The notes under the pieces: generated by a model | The model's input: only the letters and a program-made list of their open reading frames with translations | Told to the model about the DNA's origin: nothing | Databases searched by the model: none | Shown here: positions 13,533 to 25,528 of the stretch, one piece after another | Numbering within the stretch: the first letter of the stretch is position 1 | Layout: every line of letters starts with the position of its first letter | Position numbers and translations under genes: made by a program | DNA from: Bispira polyomma | Lineage: Eukaryota | Direction: 5' to 3' | Length of the DNA: 64,000 nt | Assembly: GCA_965649765.1 (NCBI GenBank) | Contig: OZ287758.1 | Span: 50,220,001-50,284,000, forward strand

Positions 13533-13767
13533 GCAAAAAGTAAACATTTATTTGAGGGTTTACAACCACTTAAATGTTTTTAAGATACTCTAACTTAGTC
13601 TTCTGTTCATCAATACACAAATAAACAACCTCATTCTAATGGCAGCCTCGCTGTTTCACTCTTGGCTGCATATTGCTGTGTTTTTTAGATTAAATATAAC
13701 AAAGTTTATACAATTGACACTGTTACAGCCAATGATTATATAAATGATAAACACTTTAAGATTGTCA

Positions 13768-14086
13768 TTTAACTAGATCTTCATTAAATTAAAAAAAAAT
13801 TCTAGATATTGATGCACTTTCATATTATGTGTGAGGATTAAGTTCCATATTGTAATGGCAAGTATATTTAATGGAGTTTTACACATTCTAACATGTTTCA
13901 ATTTACAGTTTCCATTATCTGTAACAAAAAATTAACTAGATCTTCATTAAAAAAAATTCTAGATATTGATGCACTTTCATATTATGTGAGGATTAAGTTC
14001 CATATTGTAATGACAAGTATATATAATGGAGTTTTACACATTCTAACATGTTTCAATTTACAGTTTCCATTATCTGTAACAAAAAA
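13768..14086. repeat. Tandem duplication of about 160 bp
   Basis: ttaactagatcttcattaaa...ccattatctgtaacaaaaa occurs twice, near-identical. Confidence 0.9.
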
Positions 14087-14361
14087 TTATTTTTTATTTT
14101 AATATTTCGGTTTCGTTAAATGGTGTATTTAGTGGATGACAAAAGCTAATATTTATTAAAGCTAAAAATGTTTAGTACAATATACTTTGTTTGTGAGTTA
14201 CATTTATTTTGATTTATTCTGAACTCATTAAGAATAAGTAACTTCTTCATTTTAAGACTTACACTTTGACTTTGAATCTTTGTGAATTGATTTTGGAAAT
14301 AAACATAACATACTAAGTGTAAATTATTTCCTAATATGCTGACATACATTATAAGGGTAAG

Positions 14362-15405
14362 CTAGGAGCCCTTGTGAGAGTCTCCTTTACTCTTGTAGTT
14401 TCCTGAGGAACTGCGGTGCTGGGCATTGTACCTTTTATCACTTTTAATTACGTCCTGTGCCTTGAGAACCACTGCCGGGTCAAAGAGGTCATTTAAAGTG
14501 TAGTCCGAGGATCTTAGATCAGCCTTCAGATAGTCTGGTACAGGGTACAAATTGGTGAGCACTGCATCCCGCCTGAGTAAGATAGAGTTGGCCATCATGG
14601 TCATGATGTCTGCATGCAGGTGGCCCATGACCCCTGACATGCTAAGCATTATTCTATGGGTCACAGCTAGATGTTCCTTTTTGGAGATAGGATCCGTTTC
14701 TTGGCGAGCTTTGGTTCCCCTTGCTGGAGTCGCCTGGACTCGCCACCAGAGGGATGAGTGGTGGTGGTGATACTAAGAGCCAAATCTAGACAAGGGAACT
14801 TATATGAAGGAGCCACTTTGGCTTCTTCGGCAGTCTGAGCCCTAAAGTAGTTAGTAAACGATTGTTCCTTAGGGGCTTCCTTTGGCTCTGGGATGTCCAG
14901 CATTTGACGGACCGCAGTGAGAGTCTCTACATAAGAGGTGAAGTATGTGTACTCCCTGGTGGTGGCCGAATTATCGTCCTCAGACTATGTGCAGTGAGAC
15001 CAGGCCTTTGGATATTTATCCTCCCCGGGGGGCATGAGAAAGACCGAGCAATCTTTCTAGCCTGATCCCTCATTTCCTGGAAACCAGGGGTTTCGTCATC
15101 GTCAATTTTGCTCGCCTCCTCCACATTTTTCTTAGGAGGGTGGCTGCAAGAATAGATTTTATGGTGCTTGTCCCGGGGGGCCTTGGCCGCCGGTTCAGAG
15201 TCCCATGAGTCAGAGGAGTCAAACGAGTCTGAAGAAGAAAAATCCTGAGTCTTGATCCTCTTAAGTCGGCTTTGTTTATCCTTATAGTGACTAGCCTTAC
15301 GCTCCTCATGGTGCGCTATGGTTTTAGGAGACAAATGTTCTTTGTCTTGAAATACCCGAACTGTGTCCTTGGGTCGAACGTCTGGTTGCTTGGTCTTCTC
15401 TACAG
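14362..15405 (-). mobile_element. DIRS-type retrotransposon gag/ORF1 fragment
   Basis: Ser/Lys-rich region followed by MANSILLRRDAVLTNL...LKADLRSS...NDLFDP, resembling the DIRS ORF1 LxRRDAxL...LR...LF motif. Frameshifted ORFs 14927-15451, 14667-14903 and 14362-14664. Confidence 0.6.
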
Positions 15406-15703
15406 GAAGTTTGAACACCTGGACGTGTCTGATGAAGAGGTTTATGTACACAGAGTGAAGAGATCTCTATAAAGGAAGATAGTGTCTGGGCTGAGAGGCC
15501 TGCGTCCTTGTCATGATCGATGCTGCCATGTGGTCCATTTACACAAATTGAAGATTGTCCTCCACAATAAGATGTTGTCCTACTTAACAGACGGTGTGAA
15601 CATTTATCGGAGTATTGTACAGGATGCAGAGGTGGACCATGTCGGACCAGGGCCAAAAATGAACAGTAAGATGCAGTTACCCAGGAGTTTTATTAACTGA
15701 GGT
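15406..15703 (+). pseudogene. EXD1: EXD1 copy 2 (internal fragment)
   Basis: FEHLDVSDEEVYVHRV...VVHLHKLKIVLHNKMLSYLTDGVNIYRSIVQDAEVDHVGPGPKMNSKMQLPRSFIN, closely similar to 10199-10504 and 18867-19153. Confidence 0.88.
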
Positions 15704-16009
15704 CACTGGAGAATGTTATGAGCAATTGACAAGAACCTTATGTGATCAACAAAAGCTCAAAGTTTGGGTTATAAATTTTCTTTCTACAGCTAGCGTCATA
15801 TGGGATAGACCTACATTTTTTGCCACTTATTAGAGTTCAATCTACAACAGAAGTGACAGCCGGTTATTGAATGCCAAACTGGCTAACAACATCTTGAAGA
15901 TAATTATCATGGCTAGCAACGTCTTGAAGATAATTCTCATATGTGCTGATAGATCAAGGCATGCCCACATAGTTAAATCTGTGAAAACAATCCTCAAGGG
16001 AAATACCTG

Positions 16010-16885
16010 ATTTCTTTACTCTTTCTTTGAGTCCAATCAATGCCGTTCATATCTCTTCAGCAGTCTTTGCATCTCTCTTCTTTACTCTGTTCTTGTTCAC
16101 CTGTATGTTGGACTTCTCCAGGGAATCTTGTTCTGTCAGCAGCTGGTTCATCTCATCGTAGTCTTCGTCTGTCCTAGACCTGCAGGTTTAAATAAATTTG
16201 TAACTTATATAACAGGTAACTACATAGATGTTTTTACAACATGCTACTAGTTTTTGGAATTTTATTTCAAAGCTCAGTATCAGGAAGAAGATTTGATGAA
16301 GCAAATGCATTGAACTTCATTGTTATCTCCAATAATGAAAGAAAAAAAAAATATCACAATATTGGACCTTGGTAATGCAGTGGTGAAATGCGTGCCATAC
16401 ACTTCCAAGATGTTGGGTTCAAGCCAAGCAAAGACCTTATGGCCATAGTTGGAAGCTTATATTTGCTGAATGCAGTGGTTTATAGTTTGGTTAACTGTAT
16501 TGCTTCAGTCCTCATTTCTCAAGGTATGAAGCTACTCATCCAGTTTTACACTTCTATTGATTTACATCAAACACCAACAAATAATAGGAGTACAACTGAG
16601 ACTTTAATGCACACATTTTAAAGATAGTTTATTTTATTATATTGTACTGAAGAGCTGCTGTAAGACTGTCTCTAATTTTTGAAAATTTTGCTCCTAAAAA
16701 TAAATCAAAAATATATCTTTAGTCTTCCTCATTCTTCCGTCAGCAATTCATAGTGTTCTCTTGCACTTCTACCATTTACACTCAGGCCGTCTGCGGCACT
16801 AGATATATTTTCTGCCATACATTCGCATGGGACTAGATGTAATACTCCCTTCAATAGGTGCCCTGGCCCTTTTTCAATCACCTGC
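16010..16885 (-). pseudogene. Myb/SANT-like Harbinger accessory gene, copy A (spliced)
   Basis: Exons AENISSAADGLSVNGRSAREHYELL and RSRTDEDYDEMNQLLTEQDSLEKS..., resembling the RS.RD...LL...SG.EE.Y.E..QLL pattern of Harbinger Myb/SANT proteins. Paralogous to 19570-20150. Confidence 0.6.
16362..16520 (+). mobile_element. tRNA-derived SINE in the intron of Myb/SANT copy A
   Basis: A-box-like tggtaatgcagtgg and B-box-like gggttcaagcc. Absent from the paralogous intron near 19880. Confidence 0.5.
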
Positions 16886-17349
16886 AAAATCTAAAAAAAA
16901 AAAAGTATTTTTGAATATTATTTTGAATTTGTTTTAAATAACTGGAATATGCTAGAATTTTACGGCAAATATATGTCAATATTATAAAAAAATGGTCGAG
17001 GACTTCTTGACAAATTATGAAAAATTGTCTAGGACTTCTCAAGTTTATGAAAACTATCTCATTGGGTGGTTCACCACTCCTTGATTTTACCTATCTTTTG
17101 AAATGGTTTACACATTTAAATATATGCTGGGTCACCGTTTGTTAAGGTAGGAGTGATCTTTCTCTCCTAGTTTGGGGTGCTTCTTTCTCTCCTAGTTTGG
17201 GGTGCTTGTGAACGCAATAAAGTACAGAATATTTATTTAGTGCATTGAATGGTATTGTCAGTCGATGAGTATTATGAATGCCTGTTTAATCTTTTTTGGG
17301 TCAACCTTTATATGAGAATTGCAAATTAAGCACAAGAATATCAGAGAAG

Positions 17350-18120
17350 AGGAAATGGGAACAAAGAAATACAAGACATAGTTTCAAAAGAAACAAATAA
17401 GCAAGAATGGTTTTGTTAGAAATGTGGCACAATTTTTAAACAGCAGTACAAATGGAAAAAAACATCTTGAGAGCTGTAAAGGTTTGCTTATGTTCCTAAA
17501 GTAAAACTGCAATGCAACAATTGTTTAAAATTTGTAAAAAATTAATCAGAGGATAGTGAAAAAATGATTGAATGCAGTAATTGCAACAAAGAATTTTGCG
17601 ATAGAAGTGATTAATATTTACACAAGTTAAATCAACACGTTAGTGGTCAGCAAAATGATGAAGATTTTTAATTAAATTCACCAACATGGCTAAATAAAAA
17701 AGTTGAATATGTTGATCCAGATTTGGAATAGATTTACAACTCAAATGCTATGCATATATTAGCTCCACATCAGACTGAAAGTGTAGTTAATAAGTATAAT
17801 TTTCCTACTGAAAATTTGAAAGGAAGTGTTGAAGGAATCATGGAACTAATCGATTTATAAAGAACAAGTCATTTAAAATAAACATAGAATCATGTACCCT
17901 ATGCTAATTCTTTTTTGTTTCCTAAACCTTTTGTCATTACAAGACAATTTGACAGTGTTAAAAAAAAACTCAAGAAATTAAATCCTTCTGAATACATTAT
18001 AAATAACAGACCTTACAGTGGATATTTACCTGCTATATCATAAATATAAATTTTGATGTACATTTTATGGATTATATTTCTGGTAATCCATCCAATTTCA
18101 CAGAATATGTAACAAAATGA
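17350..18120 (+). pseudogene. Maverick/Polinton (adintovirus-like) protein-primed DNA polymerase N-terminal region with C2H2 fingers, degraded
   Basis: Translates to WFC*KCGTIFK..., IECSNCNKEFCDRSD*YLHKLNQH, IYNSNAMHILAPHQTESVVNKYNFP, VPYANSFLFPKPFVITR...KLKKLNPSEYIINNRP...MDYISG, resembling the animal Maverick pPolB N-terminus. Confidence 0.6.
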
Positions 18121-19567
18121 ACTGTTAGACCAGCCTCCCACCCCAAAGAAAGCAGTGACCCAAGATGAGAGTGGTCCATCAATTTTGAAAAAGAAGTGTG
18201 TGCCAGAGCACTTAAAGAAGTTAAAAATTATTGACATAAGCAAGTTTTTCCTGCGAGACCAGAATTGGAGGTCGGCAGTTTATAGCAGCATGTCGAGTGG
18301 GGAGGAGGACTTTGTCACCAAGACAACAGAAGCCCCTCGATCCTGAGTCAGTAGGCCAAGAACCTCAATTGCTGTTGACCAGAAAAGCCCCAACAGCCAC
18401 AAACAGAGGTAAAGACAGGGGTTGCCTCCCTAGCCAATGGGATCGAGCAGGATAACTCGGCAAAGAAACAACTCCAACTTTACTGTATTGAAACAAATGA
18501 ACGATTTGTATTAGAAGGTGTTAGTCCACATTCAGATACAGGACATTCTAGGGTTCCCTGCAGAAGGGGTGGACTTGGTATGTGATAGCAAGCTCTGCTG
18601 GGTACAGATTTGCTGTACAAACCACACATTTTCATTTGACATATCCCTTGGAATAGAAGCCATCGCTTTAGGATTAAAGAGGTGGTTGAAATGGAAGGAT
18701 TCAAAAGGTCCTCCATAACTTTAGACTGCTGTCTGATCTGCTGTACAACCAGTACAACACCAGACTGATCAATGTGTTTGACACACAGGTGGCTGCTGTT
18801 ATGGTGTATCATCTCGTTCATGGAGGAGACTTCCCGCGCTACGTGTCCAGTCTGCACATCTGTCTGTTTGAACACCTGCACGTGTCTGAGGAAGAGGTTT
18901 ATGTACACAGTGAGAGAGTTCTCTATAAAGGAAGATGAAGGTGTCTTTGCTGAGAGGCCTGCGTCCTTGTCTATGACCGATGCTGCCATTAAAAATGTGG
19001 TCCATTTACACCAATTGAAGATTGTCCTCCTCAATGAGATGTTGTCTGACTTCACAGACGGCGTGGATATCTATCTGAGTATTGTATGGGATGCAGAAGT
19101 GGATCATGTCGGACCAGGGCCAAAAATAAACAGTAAGATCCAGTTAACTGAGGTCGTGTGCGGATGAGAAGTGCTCTCACTTTATGCGTCTCCATCACTC
19201 ACAAGATTTCTATAATGAGAAGGGCTTCTTGATGAACACTTCCAGAGCACAAGACCCAGCCATTAATTTTTGTCATGATGGGATTTCATACGCAGGTTCT
19301 CGTTTTGTAACACAGAGGTCGCGCCCACAGCTTGTCGAATAGCAGGTTAAGGTCGAAGAGTGCAGAATCCAAAGAGACCGTTATAGATTTGGGGGCCGAA
19401 TTGAGGCGAAAACGCAGCAAGTCCGACACGGAGGGTTGCCAAGGTAACCAAGAAATGGAGAGCTTTGAGAGTTTACTGAGGAAACAAGGGAGAGAAGTCG
19501 GGCAAAGCAGTCGAGTCCCAAGAGTAGTGGGGGCAAAAAAAGCTGGGACTCTTCGAAGGACAGAAGA
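18121..19567 (+). pseudogene. EXD1: EXD1 copy 3 (lacks the Lsm domain, no MITE)
   Basis: Colinear with 8269-10938 minus the insertion. Contains GFPAEGVDLVCDSKLCWVQICC...NVFDTQVA...AERPASLSMTDAAIKNVVHLHQLK...SDFTDGVDIYL. Confidence 0.88.
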
Positions 19568-19569
19568 TT

Positions 19570-20150
19570 TGTTGTCATTTCCGCAGAAAGCGAGTCCAAC
19601 CAGTGCTGAAGTTTGTATCTCTTCAGCATTCTTTGCATCTCTCTTCTTTAATCTGTTCATGTTCTTTTCCTTGTTCACCTGCATGTTTGACTTCTCCGGG
19701 AATCTAGTTCTGTCAGCAGCTGGTTCCACTCATCGTAGTCTTCCTCTGTCCCAGACCTACAAATTAAAACAAATTTGTAACTTATATAACAGGTTAATAT
19801 ATAGATGTTTTGTAACACAAGCAAACGGCATTTTGGAATTTCAAACTCAGTATCAGGATAAACAAACAGGACAAACAAAGGCAGTATTCTCGACAAGATG
19901 ATTATTTTAATGATGGTTTATTTTATTATGTTGTACTGAAGAGCTGCTGTAAGTCTGTCTCTTGCTCCTGAAAATATATGAAAATTTTGCTCCTGAAAAT
20001 ATATGACTAAGTATATCTTTAGTCTTCCTCGTTCTTCCGGCCTGTAGTATTTCATCAGCAATTCATAGTGTTCTTTTGCACTTCTACCATTTACACTCAT
20101 GCCGTCTGCGGCACTAGATATATTTTCTGCAATTTCTGTACATTATAAAT
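19570..20150 (-). pseudogene. Myb/SANT-like Harbinger accessory gene, copy B (spliced), convergent with EXD1 copy 3
   Basis: Exon SVNGRSAKEHYELLMKYYRPEERGRLKI, an intron, then SGTEEDYDEWNQLLTEL...LKKRDAKNAEEIQTSALVGL. Confidence 0.65.
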
Positions 20151-20469
20151 CAGTTTTCTATGATATTTAAATTAACAAATAATGAAGGCAGTGTGGACAG
20201 ACTTACATTAATATACGGTGGGCTCTGCTTTGACAGCTGGTTTTCTAGAGTGTTCCTTCTAAAATATGTATCCTGAACTGTCAATTACAGGGGTGGACAG
20301 CTGTCATCTACAGGGGTGGACAGTAAACCAGAGACAGTCAATCAAACAAAGGCCTAAACTGACACCAATTTATTATTTCAAATTAATGCAGCAATTTCAG
20401 TAATAAATAGATTAAAAAAATGCAATTGCAGCGTTATGTAGCTAAGAGTAGATTTTGAAGCAGCGTACA

Positions 20470-20720
20470 ACCTGTCAGGATTTACTATCCCTGGTCAAGA
20501 TTAACAGTCCACCATGTACCTTAGTCCTCTCCATCTAGCGAATGTATTACCTGCAACATTTCAAATGGATCTCTGTATCGTCCACTGAGTCCTTCTATAT
20601 CTGCCTTCACCCAATATTTTTTTTATTTTTTCCTGGAAACACTTAACCTCCACCCATCGGAAACTATTATACTAGGTGACTTCAACATCAAACTCAACAT
20701 AAAAAATACTTTGTCCTTAA
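20470..20720 (+). mobile_element. L2/CR1-type LINE APE endonuclease fragment
   Basis: LYRPLSPSISAF...FLETL...IILGDFNI motifs. Confidence 0.65.
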
Positions 20721-21179
20721 TCCTAGGCAGTCATGCAACTGTCTGTGATAAATGACAACAAAAGAATAAAAACATCTGTATAGGGTGATAGTACTATAAT
20801 ATTAACATAAGAAAGAACACTTTCAGTAGCATGCATTAAGTGTAATATTATTCTAAAATAGGCTTTTTGAACCATTGTGGTTTTAATTTGGAGCCTTTCG
20901 TAAAGCGGCTATCATATAATGAATCTATCATAACTTATTTAAATTAAATTCATTGGCCTGACAATACTGTACTTAAATACTGTACTGTTTTTGTACTTCT
21001 TTCCTTAAACACCTTCTGGCAGCTATTGGGAGGTGACTGTAAAGTTGCCGAAGGATTTGTTTGTTAAAACTGTCGCCACTGTGGCTAACCCCCTTTAAAG
21101 TGCAGTATTCAAAAACAAGGATCAAGATCAGATCAAAATTGAGAAAAAAGTTTCAAGTAATCGGTATTAACAAAGCAAG

Positions 21180-21652
21180 GAATCACTAGACTACTCTTTA
21201 TACAGTGATAGGCAACTGGTTAGGGGTAGTTGGAGCACTAGATTACTCTTCGTTCAGTTATAGGTAACTAGCAAGGGATAGCCGGAGCACAAGACTAATT
21301 TTTGTACAGTGACAGGTAACTTGTGAGCGGTAGTGAGAACAGTAAACTACACTTTGTATAATGACAGGTAATTGGTGTAGGGCAGAGGAGGCACTAGACT
21401 ACTCTTTGTATGGTGATAAGTAAATGGTGACGGGTGTGTGTGTGTGGGGGGGGGGGGGGCACTAGACTATTCTTTCTATAATGATAGGTAATTGGTGAGG
21501 GGTAGTGAGAGCACCAGATTACTCTTTGTGCAGTGATACGTAAGTGGTGAGTCATAGTGGGAGCACCAGACTATACTCTTTGTATTATGATAAATAACCG
21601 GTGAGGGGTAGTGGGAGCACTAGACTATACTCTTTGTATTATGATAGGTAAT
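21180..21652. repeat. Approximately 54-bp minisatellite, about 9 copies
   Basis: gcactagactactctttgtatagtgataggtaattggtgaggggtagtggga-like units in tandem. Confidence 0.9.
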
Positions 21653-22584
21653 TCACAGTTGTCAATCGTCACATAAACGCAAAATACTTCCTGTGTATTC
21701 CCGGTTAAGGTATAAGACAAACAGTAGAATATTACATTTTCATTGTTTGTACATGGAAATAATAAGACTTTTTTTACATTTTTATTTCATTGATCTTAAG
21801 ATATTGGTAACAGCTTTGATATAAATGTTTTACACAGCTTTAGTTCATCTGCATCAATTATAGAACAATTTAGTTCATCCGTGAAATACCTTTACCAGGA
21901 ATACCTTGATAAATTACCATACCTTGTCCGTGAATACTTTGAACAGTTGTGGAGTTATGAAATTGAAGTTATAATATGATATACTTCGAATGAATGGCAT
22001 GACTTACAATTGTAAATTCGCTAAATAATCATGGAAACTTATAACAAACCAGACCGGAAACATTCTAAGTAAAGATCCCACAAATCTCATGTGCATATGG
22101 TGTTGAGAAGTTATTGTATTTTCTGGCTTTTTCTTTGAATATTGGTGAATATTTTTTTGTTGAAGTACACCAGAACCAAGGAATTGAATTAGATAAGTTA
22201 GTTACTTCCAACTTGCTCGCATGGTAAGAAATAATACAGTTATTAACTAATAGAATTTTAGAACACTAATCAGAGCTGCTAAGCTAGGAATAAATATATG
22301 ATATATATAATATAAACATAAAATATTAAACAACAGCCTAAATTGAGCTTAAGAATAATACTAGTAATACACACCATATGTGTTTTTAATAAACTCATAA
22401 CTATTACAAACACTAGTTTTTGAATTCACAAAGGAGCCTTAACTTTCAGACATCCAATAGTACTAAGTTGCTTTGACAAGTAGTGGCTCATTTGAGACAA
22501 ATTGGAAACAGAGTCTCAATCTAATTATGTTTAACTTTGTTATGATTCACCAGTTTTTATTTAAATTTCATTTTCATGCAGGAA

Positions 22585-22745
22585 ATCAACAGGGTAGTTG
22601 GTCATGATTTGTTACTCTACCATACAAACCACCAGGCCTTTAGCAAGTCTACTGCTAACTTTACCATATATAGTCCTGGTTTGAGATTTGAACCTACAAC
22701 TACAGAGGTGGCAGGCGAAGTTAAAGCCACTATACATAATCTATC
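22585..22745 (-). mobile_element. tRNA-derived SINE (related copies at about 23500-23635 and 26085-26230)
   Basis: Shared ttagcaagtctactg...gagatttgaacc(tac)aac...agaggtgg.aggc; the reverse complement gives a B-box ggttcaaatc. Confidence 0.55.
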
Positions 22746-25455
22746 ACTAACACAATTTCGTATGAATGGAGAGGACCAGATACAGGCATATACATAGGAT
22801 GACAATTTAAATGGTGGTCATTTGTTGTTTCGGATTATCCCAGTAGCAGGTTAAAATACCTTGGGAATTGATGGTCATCCTTAAGCATTTTTCTTCAGGT
22901 AGAAGAATGACAGTGACTGATGCTGGTTGGCTGTCCTTGGGCAGTCAAGAAAGGGTTAATTAGTGCTTTGAATACCAAATATTGATACATAAGAATTAAA
23001 AATGCCCAGGTAGTGAATCAACTAAACACAAGCATATATAACAGGAAGACTCTTCTGTTGACTTTTGATAATTGTTCGTTTTAAATAACTTGTAAATGAT
23101 GCTAATAAATAAAAATAAGAATGTCATTTTGGTAATGGACACGTAAAGTCCGTGTTTTGAAAAAAAAAAAAGTAAAAAATAATCAGCAAATTGATATATT
23201 CTTATGCAAAATTTAAACGTCCCACTACTAAGTGATTATACAATATTAGGCCTGACAAACTGGCAGTTAACTTGAGAAGGAAATCAAAGGCAGGTATATA
23301 GATAGACTTGCTTACAAGTTTTTACTGTTGCTGAAACACTGTGTGACTGCATTTACACAGTTCCCATTATGTTCAGAAGGTGTTAGCACTAGTGTTTTTG
23401 TAACTTGAGGCTTCTTTTTATTACAAAAGTAAATGCAAGGAGGGATATGAACAAAAATCATAATGTCCTAATGGAAGGACTTTGCACAAGGTCTACTATA
23501 TGTAGTTAGTCAAGGTATGCTGCTCTGCAGAACGCCAGCTTTTAGCAAGTCTACTGTCAAATTTATACATGCACAGTTCGAGATTTGAGCCAACAACTGC
23601 ATAGATGGAAGGCAAGTGTTAACAAAGGATGACCACTCAAAATGATGGTCCTCAGTCATTGGGTACTAAGACAAAGACAGGTCAGTTATGACCCTCTATG
23701 TTTATCAGAGCTTGTTTTTAGCCAAGTCAATATGGGAAAGGTGTGTACTGTGCTTAAATACATTGCCACTATTGGCTGTTATTTTCTGAGGAGATTTGTT
23801 TCTAAATTTTAAATATAAATTATTTTGCACTACATAGGGTCATGAAAAATAATTGCTAATTAATTCCTAGCAAAAATTTCTACTTATGCAGTGATTGGGA
23901 TTGGTATTAAAGTAAATCTGACATGTTTGACTATGTTTAAGTGTGTATGACTATCCCTGTAATATTTTCATTTAAAACAATGCAAATAAAAAACTTAAAA
24001 TATTCCTGGATAAGGTATTGCTGTTAATTGGAATACACTGTGTAAATGTATGCAGATATTCCCAGCCAAGGTATTCACTCGTATGTTTTAAAAAGCATAC
24101 AGATAAATGTTAAAGCTGTAAGAACGCTTGATACTTTTTAAATAAATAAAATTGTACTATTACAATATAATGGTAATTAAAATATCTTTTGAAAGACCTT
24201 TATTTACAAGTTATTTGATAAGTATTATATTATCACTCACAGGAATGCTTTTTAGTAGATTGGCCAACCAAGGTCAATCTACTTTTAATGTTATGGATAT
24301 TATCTAGCCTGGATACTGGTTGAGGACAAGTAAAATATCAGAAACTATTGGGAGTTCAGGGATAAAAATTAGCATATATACAAATTATTTGTTTTAGATG
24401 GTGCAACTTTTTTTTTGGTACATTTGCTGCTTGTTTTTAAGGAATTATTAGAGTTTTTACATATTCGTATTCATTCGGCTGGCCAGTTGCTAAGTGATTG
24501 CCAGTTTTTTTTTGTGGTAAAACTTTGCTGAGTGTTTCCCACCAAGACTTCCGCCCAGTAATTAATGCTAGCGTGTGCAGGGTTATGGGGAGGAGCTTCT
24601 CGATGTTTGTTCCATATATCACGACTGTTGTCCGTAAAATACGAATGCTATATTTACAAAGTTTACGAAGCTACAATGTTAAGATTAATATGTCCATAAA
24701 GAGTAGTTGGTGCCCTTTCTAAAACTTTTTACAGAATTTAATTTTGTCCCATGTTTACCGAGATAAAAACATTTTAAAATCGCTGGGTTTACATATAGAT
24801 ATACTTACAATTGAATGATCCGTACAATAAAACCATTTACCGGACACCTTATGTTTTACCAGAAAAAGGGTGTGGACTAAATGTTATATTTTAGACTGGT
24901 ATCCAAAAAACGTATACTTCGGAACTGGAACTAAAGTGAGGTACCTGTCTTCAAACTTAAATATCTCAGCCGTTTCTCAACCAATTTTGATGGGAAAAAA
25001 GCACAGTAATCACAATAAAATAAGCTTTCTCAACTTATTTTTATCTTCATTAATTCTGGAGATTTTATTATTAAATCGCCACAACTGCAATTATACAAAT
25101 TGGCATCTATTATAAAATATTCTCAAAAACGTAAAGGGAAAAAACATATCATCATGGCACACCTGTAGAATTTTAACAAGTCTGTTGAATTTTTTGATGC
25201 TGTAAAAAAATATCAACATACAGAATTATATTGGACTTTCAGAATATAAAGCTGCAACTTTATAGCACTCAAACCTATTAGGATATACAATTTTTAGCAA
25301 TATCTACTAAGTCAAAACCTATTTTCAACAAGTTAAAAAATATTTTTACTTACATTTGGTTAAGTATATCAACATATAACAATATATAAATAATTGGCAA
25401 TAAGGCTTTATAGTAGAATATAATAACTTACGTATTAAGTCAGGAGGGACATATG

Positions 25456-25528
25456 GCCTGATACAATATCTTTTTAGTATCTACCAATTATTATTTTTTT
25501 GATCTTCAATAAAGATCTCATCAGAGGC
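25456..25528 (-). ncRNA. Degenerate type I hammerhead ribozyme
   Basis: Minus strand reads gcct-CTGATGA-gatct(ttattga)agatc-AAAA (expected GAAA)-...atattg-TA-tc-aggc. Stem I gcct/aggc and a perfect 5-bp stem II. Confidence 0.55.

Noticed and set aside
15705-16010. Possible Harbinger transposase N-terminal relic on the minus strand (ENYLQDVVSQFG...)
   Set aside because: Many stops and only a faint motif resemblance; needs BLASTX.
18480-19055. 191-aa minus-strand ORF (also 19332-19901 +, 14927-15451 - as whole proteins)
   Set aside because: Antisense shadows or chimeric read-throughs across EXD1/Myb/DIRS junctions, not real genes.
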